From the NCBI GenBank assembly GCA_963826785.1, contig CAWGYD010000001.1, forward strand, positions 128,001 to 192,000: 64,000 nucleotides of DNA. The letters are read 5' to 3'. Below are positions 40,003 to 48,900 of the stretch, in pieces. The notes beneath the pieces are model-generated. The model saw nothing but the letters and a program-made list of their open reading frames with translations, made no database searches and was not told the origin of the DNA. How positions within the stretch are numbered: position 1 is the first letter of the stretch; the number at the start of each line of letters is the position of its first letter. The translations under genes and the position numbers were made by a program. The stretch is from an uncultured delta proteobacterium (GTDB taxonomy: Bacteria > Desulfobacterota > Desulfobacteria > Desulfobacterales > Desulfosalsimonadaceae).

Positions 40003-40893
40003 ATGTTGTGTATTGGTGAGAGTTTAAACGTCATGTCCAAGAAGATCGGGACCGCTTTCAAAGAGCGCGACCCGAAGCCGATCCAGGAAGAGGCGTTGTT
40101 TCAGAAGGAAAAGGGGATGGACTACATCGACATCAATCTCGGCCCGGCCAAAAAGGACGGGGTGGAACTGATGCCGTGGGTCATCCAGACGGTTCAGGAA
40201 GTGGTCGGTGACATTCCCCTGGCCCTGGATACATCCAATATCGATGCCATTGAAGCCGGGTTGAAGGTGTACAAACCCACCTCGAAACCGGTGCTGATCA
40301 ATTCCATTATGTGCCGCCCGGAGCGCTACGAAAAGATGATTCCGATTGCCGCCAAGTACAATGCGGATTTCATCGCGCTGATGTGGGGGCCGGAAGGATT
40401 GCCCAGAGACGAGAACGAACGCGCCGCCCTGTGCGTGGAACTGCTGTATGCGGCCAATGAAGCCGGCATCGAAAACGAGCGGATCTGGGTAGACGGCATC
40501 GTCACTCCGGTCAACATTCAGCAGCCCCAGGCCATCAGCCTGATGGAGTTCCAGAAGATGCTGCCGGACATCGCCCCGGGCGCAAAAAGCACCTGCGGTC
40601 TGTCCAACATCTCCAATGGCCCTCCGACCCACCTGCGGCCCATTCTGAACCAGACCTACATGATCATGCTGGAGCGCTACGGCATGTTTTCCGTGATCTC
40701 CGACCCGCTGGACGAGAAGCTGACGGAAATCGCCAAAGGCAAGCGTAACGACATCGTGGAGATGGTTCACAAGTCAATGGATGGCGAAGCGCCGGCCGCG
40801 GCCGACCTGCCCAAGGAAATGGCCGACTACGTCAAGACCGTGGATGTCATCCTGGGCCGGTCCCTGTATTCAGACTCCTGGCTGGAACTGTAG
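40003..40893 (+). CDS. acsE: Methyl-THF:corrinoid Fe-S protein methyltransferase (pterin-binding family)
   Basis: IGESLN, YIDINLG, LALDTSN, INS, CGLSNISNG; last gene of the acs operon. Confidence 0.88.
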   Translation: MLCIGESLNVMSKKIGTAFKERDPKPIQEEALFQKEKGMDYIDINLGPAKKDGVELMPWVIQTVQEVVGDIPLALDTSNIDAIEAGLKVYKPTSKPVLINSIMCRPERYEKMIPIAAKYNADFIALMWGPEGLPRDENERAALCVELLYAANEAGIENERIWVDGIVTPVNIQQPQAISLMEFQKMLPDIAPGAKSTCGLSNISNGPPTHLRPILNQTYMIMLERYGMFSVISDPLDEKLTEIAKGKRNDIVEMVHKSMDGEAPAAADLPKEMADYVKTVDVILGRSLYSDSWLEL

Positions 40894-40923
40894 TCAAACA
40901 GAAGGTCGCTGTGTACCTTCTTC

Positions 40924-40969
40924 ACATCAAGCGCCCCGTCGCGATCAGCGTCGGGGCGCTTGATGTTTT
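40924..40969 (+). terminator. Intrinsic terminator of acs operon
   Basis: ACATCAAGCGCCCC ... GGGGCGCTTGATGT followed by TTT. Confidence 0.75.
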
Positions 40970-41312
40970 ATCCCTTTTCTTACATAAAGCGCTCCCATTT
41001 TTCATCTCAACTGCCCCCGCCGCTTTTTGTCAAACATAATCCCAAAATTGTAAATGTGGGCACGGTGCCCATCCCATTGGAAACGATCGCTTTTTCAGGG
41101 GTGTCAGTATAAATGTAACTTTTCTGCAGCCATGTGTATCCTTTCGCCTGAATATCTTCTTTTTTTACATTTCAGATTTTTCCGTGTGAACACCTGCCGG
41201 TTCTATATCCTGTCGTTTAGATCTGCAGTATTTCAGTGATGACCGCCCCCCCGTCATGCTCACCTTCCGCCGGGTGCGGTTTAAACCCCGCATTAGTTAA
41301 TGTTGAATCGAT

Positions 41313-41328
41313 CGGCATGTTTATTGCT
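41313..41328 (+). promoter_or_regulatory. Possible sigma54 (-24/-12) promoter of protease gene
   Basis: CGGCATGTTTATTGCT = GG-N10-GC, ~70 nt before the ATG. Confidence 0.5.
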
Positions 41329-41396
41329 ATGTTTTTTGAATAGATATAAATTTTTTCATCTCATCAACTGATACTTAAACTCCAGGAGGCCGATTC

Positions 41397-44159
41397 ATGT
41401 CTGATAAGAGCAGGCGCATGCGTTTATGGGCGGGGTGTCTGGCGGCAATTTTATTCATTGCGTTTGGATATGTGGATGCCGGTCATGGTAAGACCGGTGA
41501 CGATCCCTATGTGACCGGTCTGCCGGAACTCACTCCCCAGGAACTGGAGTGGCAGAATCAGCATATGGTGCGGGTGAAGAAAGTCCGGCTCAACCCGATT
41601 GGCCTGGAGCGGGTGAATAAGGCGCGCAGGGGGAAGGGGATGGCGCCGCTCTCTTCGATAACCGCCGGTATGGTGGAGAAGGGAAAGGAAATCGATGGCG
41701 TGATCGGCGCCCCTGCAGCAGGAGAAAACATTTCGGCGGCTGACCCGGCGCTGCAGGTGATGCCCGCCTATATCGACAACAGCGCCCTGAAGTATTTTCC
41801 ACCCATCCGCTCCCAGGGATCACTGAATTCCTGCGGGTGTTTTTCCGGCACCTATTATGCCATGACCTATATGAATGCCATGGCCAATGATCTGGATGCC
41901 AAGGGGGGCGGGGAGGGTCTTCGCTTGAGCCCCAGGTGGACCTACAACATGGTCAATGGCGGGGAGAATGCGGGAAGCTGGTATTACTGGGCGTATGAGA
42001 TCGGCCAGAAGCACGGCTGCGCCACCTGGGCGCAATTCCCCTATGTCGGATCCACCGCGAGCGCCTCGTATTACCGGGACTGGAGCGTGAATCCTGAGGT
42101 ATGGCGAGATTCCATCAATCGCCGGTTCGACCAGTACGGATATGTCTCCAACACTAATCTCGATTCCGGGATCGAACAGGTCAAGCAGCTTCTGGTGAAC
42201 GGCTATATTCTCAATTTCCCGACCTACATCAATTCCTGGAACTGGAAGGCCATTTCAAATGACCCCGCCACAGATGCCGACGATTCCTTTGCGGGGAAAA
42301 ACTGCGCCTATTGGGTCAACGGCTATCAAGGGTATCACGGCATGACCGTGGTCGGCTACAATGACGACATCTGGGTGGATATAAATTCCAATGGATTTGT
42401 GGACCCCGGTGAGAAAGGCGCCTTCCGCATTGCCAACTCCTGGGGGACCGGCTGGGGCGAGGGCGGCTTCTGCTGGATGTCCTATGATGCCCTTAAGAAT
42501 CCATCGGCAGTTTCCGGAGGGCCCGGCGCCAATAGAACCTATGGATGGGAGCCGGCCCGGGCCCACTGGGTAACCGCCAGGACCGGATACCGGCCCGCCA
42601 TGGTGGCCGAGTTTACCGTAAATCATCTCAAGCGCAATCAGCTGCGCATTCACCTGGGGGTATCCGATACCTCCCGGATGTCGCCGACCACCACATGGTA
42701 CCCCGAAATGATCAATTTTCAGGGTGGGCCCTATGCCTTTGACGGGTCAACCACTGCGATGGACGGCACCTTCGTCTTTGACCTCACGGATATCGCCCCT
42801 TCAAACGGCGGCGAGAACAGGTATTATTTAGGCGTCTATGACAGCGCATCCGGCGACCCGGCCACCTTGACCGCATATCGACTCATCGATGCGGCAAACG
42901 GCGGGATCGAGACGCTGTCCTACGATGTTCCCCAGGCTGCGGACGCAAGCCAGGCCTATGCGTACACGGATTATTATTTCAATGACGGCAACGAATTGCC
43001 GGTGGCGGCCGCTTCGGCGGATACCACCTCCGGCCCGGCGCCTCTTACGGTGAATTTTGAGGGCGGTTTCTCCTATGATCCGGACGGCACCCTTTCTCTG
43101 TATGCCTGGGATTTCGGGGATGGCGGTTCTGCAAATGGAGAGAGCGCCATCCACACCTATAATTCAGCCGGAACGTATACGGCAGTGCTTACCGTGACGG
43201 ACAACCAGGGGGCAAAAAGCACCGATTCCCTGACCATCGCAGTAATGCCGGCACCCCCTGAAAACATGTATGTGGCCGCCATCGACATGGATCTGTCCAT
43301 CCGCGGGAAAAACAGCGCGGGCATGGCCCGGGTGACCCTGCAGGATGAAAATCACAATGCGGTGGCCAATGCAGCGGTCACCGGGAAGTGGAGCGGAACG
43401 GCCACCAACCCGGCATCGGGAATCACCGGTGCGGACGGAAGCGTCTGGTTGTCTTCAGACAACATCAAAGGTACGGGGGTGTTTACCTTCACCGTCACCC
43501 AGGTGTCTGCTTCCGGATATGTTTATGAATCCTCCTTAAATGTTGAAACCTCCGATTCCATTTCCACGGGCGGATCGGTCAACCAGAAGCCGGTGGCGAA
43601 CGCGGGTGCGGATCAGACCGTTACCATGGGGGAGGCGGTCAGTTTCTCCGGCGCGGCCTCCTCTGACCCGGACGGCAGCATCAATTCATACAACTGGAAT
43701 TTTGGGGATGGGGCCACCGCTGGCGGCGTGACGGCAAGCCATGTCTATGGCTCGGCAGGCACATACACGGCAACCCTGACGGTGGTGGATAATGCCGGGG
43801 CCACGGATTCCGACGCCATCATCATAACCGTCTTGAGCGGTACGGTGACGGACATGTATATTTCCGATATTTCGCTCTATCCGGCATACAAAGGGAAGAA
43901 CTGCAATATCACCGTGCAGGTGGTCGTCATGGATGCAAATGGCCACCCGGTGGCCAATGCTTCCGTTTCCGGTCGATGGGGCGGATTGTTCAACGGACAG
44001 GTCTCAGCGGTTACTGCAGCAGACGGAATGGCGACATTTCTATCCGCCAATACAAAAGTTTCCGGCGAGGTGATTTTTACCGTAACCGATGTTGCGGCGG
44101 CCGGATACGCTTACAATCCGAATATGGATAATGAAACCACCGATTCCCTGAACCTGTAA
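41397..44159 (+). CDS. Secreted papain-like (C1) cysteine peptidase with two PKD + Ig-like repeats
   Basis: Signal peptide; QGSLNSCGCF (Cys), YHGMTVVGY (His), IANSWGTGWGEGG (Asn); WDFGDG and WNFGDG PKD motifs. Confidence 0.9.
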   Translation: MSDKSRRMRLWAGCLAAILFIAFGYVDAGHGKTGDDPYVTGLPELTPQELEWQNQHMVRVKKVRLNPIGLERVNKARRGKGMAPLSSITAGMVEKGKEIDGVIGAPAAGENISAADPALQVMPAYIDNSALKYFPPIRSQGSLNSCGCFSGTYYAMTYMNAMANDLDAKGGGEGLRLSPRWTYNMVNGGENAGSWYYWAYEIGQKHGCATWAQFPYVGSTASASYYRDWSVNPEVWRDSINRRFDQYGYVSNTNLDSGIEQVKQLLVNGYILNFPTYINSWNWKAISNDPATDADDSFAGKNCAYWVNGYQGYHGMTVVGYNDDIWVDINSNGFVDPGEKGAFRIANSWGTGWGEGGFCWMSYDALKNPSAVSGGPGANRTYGWEPARAHWVTARTGYRPAMVAEFTVNHLKRNQLRIHLGVSDTSRMSPTTTWYPEMINFQGGPYAFDGSTTAMDGTFVFDLTDIAPSNGGENRYYLGVYDSASGDPATLTAYRLIDAANGGIETLSYDVPQAADASQAYAYTDYYFNDGNELPVAAASADTTSGPAPLTVNFEGGFSYDPDGTLSLYAWDFGDGGSANGESAIHTYNSAGTYTAVLTVTDNQGAKSTDSLTIAVMPAPPENMYVAAIDMDLSIRGKNSAGMARVTLQDENHNAVANAAVTGKWSGTATNPASGITGADGSVWLSSDNIKGTGVFTFTVTQVSASGYVYESSLNVETSDSISTGGSVNQKPVANAGADQTVTMGEAVSFSGAASSDPDGSINSYNWNFGDGATAGGVTASHVYGSAGTYTATLTVVDNAGATDSDAIIITVLSGTVTDMYISDISLYPAYKGKNCNITVQVVVMDANGHPVANASVSGRWGGLFNGQVSAVTAADGMATFLSANTKVSGEVIFTVTDVAAAGYAYNPNMDNETTDSLNL

Positions 44160-44174
44160 GGATCAGTCATTCAG

Positions 44175-44222
44175 AAAAAGGCGGCATGCAGCAGATGTTC
44201 ATAGTTGTATGCCGCCTTTTTT
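44175..44222. terminator. Bidirectional-type intrinsic terminator
   Basis: AAAAAGGCGGCAT ... ATGCCGCCTTTTTT between convergent genes. Confidence 0.75.
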
Positions 44223-44356
44223 GGGCGCATGGGAAGAAACGGGTCAATCCTCTTTAAAGGTTTTTTTCAGGGTGCGGGTAAAGTCAACATTTCCGTTGAT
44301 GTTCTTGACATGCGATATTCCCAATACTTTGCTTTAACGGACAACACAAAGAGAAT

Positions 44357-45484
44357 TTAGGGGCCGGACGGATATCGCCTCATGAATTTTCGATCAAGAT
44401 AATCCTTGATGAGAAAAGCCGTGCGCCCTTCGAAGCTGATCCCCCCCTTGTGGAAAATTCCCGTCTTGTCGCCCATGTTGAAAATCAGAAGGTAGCCCCC
44501 GCCTGGATTGAAAGCCCGCAGGGGATTTTTCCCCAGCGCCGCTATCAAGTTGTGAAAAAGCACGGAATTTTCCCTGACAGCATAAACGCCGACCTTGTCC
44601 AGCGGCAAATCTTCGAAATAAATGCAGTCTCCCCCGCCGAAAAGGTTGGGAAAAGCGGAACTCTGAAGAAACCGGTTGACCCTCAGCCCGCCTTCGGGGC
44701 CGGAAGGGATGCCCGATTGGGTGAAAACAGGGGTGGGTTTTACCCCGACTGCGACAAAGATGATATCATATTCATGTATTTCACCGCTTCTATCGATGAC
44801 CGCCCCGGATTGGATCTTATCTATTTCACATCCTTCAATTAATGCTATGCCCCGTCGCTTCAGAGCGGATCGCGCCCGGCTGCGCACCCCCAGGGGAAAA
44901 CCGTCCAGGAGGGCTTGTTTTGACAGGATCGCAATACGTAAGGGGCGCACGTCCTCTATGTGACAGAGCCGGTCCAGGTTGCCCGCGATTTCCACTGCCG
45001 ACGGACCACCCCCGATAATGCCGACGGTAATCGGTTTTCGGGCGCCGAGTTCCAATATTCGCTCCCTGGCTTTAACGAGCCCCTCGATGGGCTTTACCGG
45101 GAAGACGTCGTCCATGGAGCCCTGGATCAGATCCCTTGGCACCTGGCTGCCCAGGTTGCAGGACAGCACATCATAGGTGATCTCGTCACCGGATTCCAGC
45201 CGGACAAGCCGATTCTGCGCATCAATGGCCGACACCCGTCCGCATATGAATGTGCCGCCGCGGTTTTCCACCATCTGCTTGACATTAAACCGGATCTCAT
45301 CGGGTCGATAGAATCCCCCCAACATGCCCGGCCCCATTCCGGAGTAGTAATGATATGCAGATGGTCCGATCACCGCAGCCCGATAGCCGAGATCGGAAAA
45401 TGCATCCAGGTGGACCAGGGTTTCCATGTGGGCATGCCCGGCACCGGCCAGCAGCAGGTTGGTTCTCATTCTCGCCTCTTTCAT
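44357..45484 (-). CDS. FAD-dependent pyridine nucleotide-disulfide oxidoreductase (resembles the N-terminal domain of SelD fusions)
   Basis: LAGAGHAH, YYSGMGPG, IIGGGPSAVE, FGGGDC, KVGVYAVRE. Confidence 0.85.
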   Translation of the reverse strand: MKEARMRTNLLLAGAGHAHMETLVHLDAFSDLGYRAAVIGPSAYHYYSGMGPGMLGGFYRPDEIRFNVKQMVENRGGTFICGRVSAIDAQNRLVRLESGDEITYDVLSCNLGSQVPRDLIQGSMDDVFPVKPIEGLVKARERILELGARKPITVGIIGGGPSAVEIAGNLDRLCHIEDVRPLRIAILSKQALLDGFPLGVRSRARSALKRRGIALIEGCEIDKIQSGAVIDRSGEIHEYDIIFVAVGVKPTPVFTQSGIPSGPEGGLRVNRFLQSSAFPNLFGGGDCIYFEDLPLDKVGVYAVRENSVLFHNLIAALGKNPLRAFNPGGGYLLIFNMGDKTGIFHKGGISFEGRTAFLIKDYLDRKFMRRYPSGP

Positions 45485-45801
45485 ATTATCAATTGAAATT
45501 TAGAACAGCATACCGGGCAACAGAATATAGTGAAATGCCCAAAAATACCAGAATCATCATACCCCGTGCCTTTTCATAAGGCTAAAGCGCTAAAAAAAAG
45601 AATGAATTTGCATTCGCTTTCGTGCGGTGAAGGCTTATAGGTTTTATCCGACGAACATCCGCATTTCGCAGAATGCGGCCGCATCTCATCGGCGAAAAAG
45701 AAACCCAGGGCGTTAAAGTTCAGATGCGTAAAAAGAAAGTACTGCAAAGTAAAAATTGAGCAAGATCCAGTGGCAAAACCCGTCAATAGCGTAATCTGAA
45801 G

Positions 45802-46353
45802 ATGAATCGAAAAAATTTGATTCCCGTCTTTTCTCTCTTTCTGGCGGCCCTTTGCATGCCGGTGCATGCGGATGGCCCCGAATATCGCGATAAGGCCGAA
45901 AAACTGCTCAATTTCGCCCTTTTCATCGAATGGCCGAAGAGCGCCTTTGAAACGCACTCCAGTCCTTTTCGCGTCGGAATACTGGGGAAGAATCCATTTG
46001 GGCGACAGCTTGAGCGTACATTTGATGAGCGTCTCATCGGCGGTCATCCGGTCGAAATTGTCCACATGGAGGATGCGCCGGCCAAACCGGGGACGTTTCA
46101 TTTGGTTTTCATCAGCCGGTCCGAAAGTCGTTATCTGAACCGGGTAATTGCCCAGTTGCGTCAGACGAATGCGTTGATTGTATACGACGGTGAGTGCAAT
46201 GATTTTTGCCGTCAAGGCGGTATGGTTTGCTTTTTTGATCACGATGATGAGGTGCGCTTTCATTTGAATGCGGATGCCATCAAAAAAGCCGGATTGGAAA
46301 TCGACTCAAAACTGATGCGGATGGCCGCATCTGTCAATTGCGGGGATGAATGA
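45802..46353 (+). CDS. YfiR-family (DUF4154) periplasmic protein
   Basis: Signal peptide; KAEKLLNFALFIEWP; GILGKNPFG; VRFHLNADAIKKAGLEIDSKLMRMA. Confidence 0.88.
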   Translation: MNRKNLIPVFSLFLAALCMPVHADGPEYRDKAEKLLNFALFIEWPKSAFETHSSPFRVGILGKNPFGRQLERTFDERLIGGHPVEIVHMEDAPAKPGTFHLVFISRSESRYLNRVIAQLRQTNALIVYDGECNDFCRQGGMVCFFDHDDEVRFHLNADAIKKAGLEIDSKLMRMAASVNCGDE

Positions 46354-47845
46354 GGGCTCGACTATGGTGAAAAGTCCTCAAAACTGGTCCATCCGGCACA
46401 AGCTTCTGGCCATTATTCTCACCTTCTTATCCGCCTACCTCTGTTTTTTAGTGGGGGGAATCGTGATATATGAAATCGCCACTTACTTTTCCCGGATGAA
46501 GGCGGAAGTAAATGATCTGGGCTGGTTCATTGCTGTCAACAGCGCCCCGTCTCTGGCTTTTAATGATCCGCAGACGGCCCGGGAGATTTTAAATACGCTG
46601 GCCTCGCAACCGGAAATCGAGGCGGCGGCATTATATAGACCCAACGGCGCGTTGTTTGCCGCCTATGTCCGGAAAAACGAAAAAGACATCGTGCTGCCGT
46701 CCTCCCCCGGTCCGGAAGGGATACGGCGCGATGGAATGTCCATGGATATGGTAAAAAAGATCCGGCAGAAGGGGCAGGACTTGGGAACCCTTTACATCCA
46801 TTCGGATATTGCCCTGCTGCATTCGCGGCTGAAGGGGTATATGGGCTTTTTGGGGGTAATGGTGCTGGCAACGGTCGGGGGGGCCTTTTTGCTCCAGTGG
46901 CTTTTGCGCAAAATGATATCCGAGCCGCTGCTGAGTCTTGCGCGCTCTGCAAAGCGCATTGCAGCAGGCGATCTTGATCATCGGGTCGAGGAAGGCTCCG
47001 GCGATGAATTCGGCCAACTGGCGCACGCATTCAATCAGATGACGTCGGACCTGCAGTACTATTACGCCGTTCTGGAAGATTCCCGCAACAAACTCAAAAT
47101 TCGCGTAGCAGAGCGAACGGCCGAAGTCGAAGAGCGATCCCGCCAGCTCCAGCAGCTTGCATTGAGGCTTTCCGAAGCGGAAGACCGGGAACGCCGGCAG
47201 ATCGCCCTGATTCTTCATGACGATCTTCAACAATATCTTGCCGCCGTGCGCTTCCATCTTCAACGTTTGATCCCGCCGGAAATGGATTTAAACGGGATCG
47301 AGGCGCATGCGCGCAAGCTTATCGGGCTTATCGACGAGAGCATCCAGAAATGCCGATCCCTGTCTCACGACCTGAGCCCTCCCGTTCTGCACCAGAACGG
47401 ATTGTTTGCTGCGCTGGAATGGTTGGCGCGTGACATGCAGGAGAAGCACGGCCAGAAAGTGTACCTCCAACTCCAGCAGGAAGCTGAACCAGAAGATCCG
47501 GCACTGGCGGTCATGCTGTATCATTCCATCAAGGAACTGGTATTTAATTCCGCAAAACATTCCGGCGTGGATTCGGTTCGGGTGGAGGCGGAGAAAAGAA
47601 ACGGATTTTACCGTATCCGCGTGAGTGATCGGGGAAAAGGGTATGATTCGAACCACCGATCTTTAAAAGATCAGGGCGCCGGTTTCGGTCTGTTCACGAT
47701 TGAGGAAAGGATAACGTACATGGGCGGCCGCTTTGATATTGACTGCGCGCAAGGAAAGGGATTTTGCGTAATGCTGGAGATTCCGGAACAAGGGAAAAGC
47801 GTGGTGGAAAAAATTGAAAATCAGCCTCCCGGCGCACCTTCATGA
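46346..47845 (+). CDS. Sensor histidine kinase (YfiN-like periplasmic domain, HAMP, HisKA_3, HATPase)
   Basis: Two TMs; APSLAFNDPQTAREIL; HAMP DEFGQLAHAFNQM; H-box LHDDLQQYL; NSAKHS, DRGKG, GFGLF. Confidence 0.88.
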   Translation: MNEGSTMVKSPQNWSIRHKLLAIILTFLSAYLCFLVGGIVIYEIATYFSRMKAEVNDLGWFIAVNSAPSLAFNDPQTAREILNTLASQPEIEAAALYRPNGALFAAYVRKNEKDIVLPSSPGPEGIRRDGMSMDMVKKIRQKGQDLGTLYIHSDIALLHSRLKGYMGFLGVMVLATVGGAFLLQWLLRKMISEPLLSLARSAKRIAAGDLDHRVEEGSGDEFGQLAHAFNQMTSDLQYYYAVLEDSRNKLKIRVAERTAEVEERSRQLQQLALRLSEAEDRERRQIALILHDDLQQYLAAVRFHLQRLIPPEMDLNGIEAHARKLIGLIDESIQKCRSLSHDLSPPVLHQNGLFAALEWLARDMQEKHGQKVYLQLQQEAEPEDPALAVMLYHSIKELVFNSAKHSGVDSVRVEAEKRNGFYRIRVSDRGKGYDSNHRSLKDQGAGFGLFTIEERITYMGGRFDIDCAQGKGFCVMLEIPEQGKSVVEKIENQPPGAPS

Positions 47846-47888
47846 GCTTTTTTCGGCATTTCGAAAAGCTCGATTGCCCCAAGCCAAT

Positions 47889-48050
47889 TCATGATGTTTC
47901 CGATGAGCCTGCCTGATCTTCATTTTGGTTTTCTGGGGCTTCCGATTCATCTTCTTTCAGTTCGGATTTGCGCTGCCGCTTCAATTCCTGTTTTTCCTTT
48001 TTAGCTAATTCTTTTTGGCGTTTTTTAAATTGATAGTTTGGTTTTGCCAA
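47889..48050 (-). CDS. Small charged protein (53 aa) downstream of csp
   Basis: AAAGGAG RBS, TTG start; MAKPNYQFKKRQKELAKKEKQELKRQRKSELKEDESEAPENQNEDQAGSSETS. Confidence 0.7.
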   Translation of the reverse strand: MAKPNYQFKKRQKELAKKEKQELKRQRKSELKEDESEAPENQNEDQAGSSETS

Positions 48051-48133
48051 ATGGGATCTCCTTTAAATTATATATAGATCATTTTTTTATGAGCTGGCAG
48101 GCGGCGGTGTCGAATGACCTCTGGTGCTCAAAT

Positions 48134-48171
48134 AAAAAGGGCACTCCTTCTTTTGGAAGGAATGCCCTTTT
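48134..48171 (-). terminator. Terminator after cold-shock gene
   Basis: AAAAAGGGCACTCCTTC ... GAAGGAATGCCCTTTT stem with T-tract. Confidence 0.75.
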
Positions 48172-48184
48172 GTACATCAGAAAA

Positions 48185-48385
48185 TTAGTTGGCGGTCACA
48201 TTTTTCGCCGAGGGGCCTTTTTGACCTTGCTCGATGTCAAAAGTTACGCTGTCGCCTTCTTTAAGGCTTTTAAAACCGCTTGCGTTTATTGCTGAATGAT
48301 GAACAAACACATCCGGCCCATTTTCCTGTTCGATAAACCCGAACCCTTTTTGGTCGTTAAACCATTTCACAGTTCCATTTGCCAT
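48185..48385 (-). CDS. Cold-shock protein (CspA family)
   Basis: [15 protein letters not shown]...DVFVHHSAI...GFKSL. Confidence 0.97.
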   Translation of the reverse strand: MANGTVKWFNDQKGFGFIEQENGPDVFVHHSAINASGFKSLKEGDSVTFDIEQGQKGPSAKNVTAN

Positions 48386-48767
48386 GATAACATCCTCCTT
48401 TCATAAAATTCTCAAAATCTTCTACTGGAGGATGTTGCATGTTCCTTCAGAAAAAAATCGCCCTGACAGTCAAAGGCAGAGCCATGTTGATTGAAAGAAT
48501 ATTAACACTCTTTATATCAAAAGCAAGTGAATTGTTCGAAAAAAAGTTAAAAGCAACAAAGCCGATCCATTAAAAAAGAGGCGGATTGGGTTTTCTGACT
48601 TTTGGGTTTTATGCTATTTATTTGATATGATGTATAAAATCGATGATCAATAACCATTTCGGCGCAGTCTTAACAATGAGATTTGAGACCAAAAAATAAT
48701 TTTTTAATTATCATGTGCTGATATATAAATTATACGCGCGGCCTTTTTTCCGACCGATAGCCGCTTC

Positions 48768-48806
48768 AAATAAAAAAGGCGGCCATTTAAGCCGCCTTTT
48801 TTATTT
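48768..48806 (-). terminator. Terminator after tRNA-Arg
   Basis: AAATAAAAAAGGCGGC ... GCCGCCTTTTTTATTT. Confidence 0.8.
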
Positions 48807-48810
48807 GCTG

Positions 48811-48886
48811 TGGTGCCCCCGGCAGGAATCGGACCTGCGGCACATGGATTAGGAATCCATTGCTCTATCCACTGAGCTACGGGGGC
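48811..48886 (-). tRNA. tRNA-Arg(CCT)
   Basis: GCCCCCGTAGCTCAGTGGATAGAGCA-ATGGA-TTCCTAA-TCCAT...GGGGGCACCA cloverleaf. Confidence 0.93.
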
Positions 48887-48900
48887 GTATGACGTTTTAT

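Noticed and set aside
40970..48810. Genomic island integrated at tRNA-Arg
   Set aside because: No integrase or transposase, and I found no duplicated tRNA 3' end; accessory-looking content alone is not enough.
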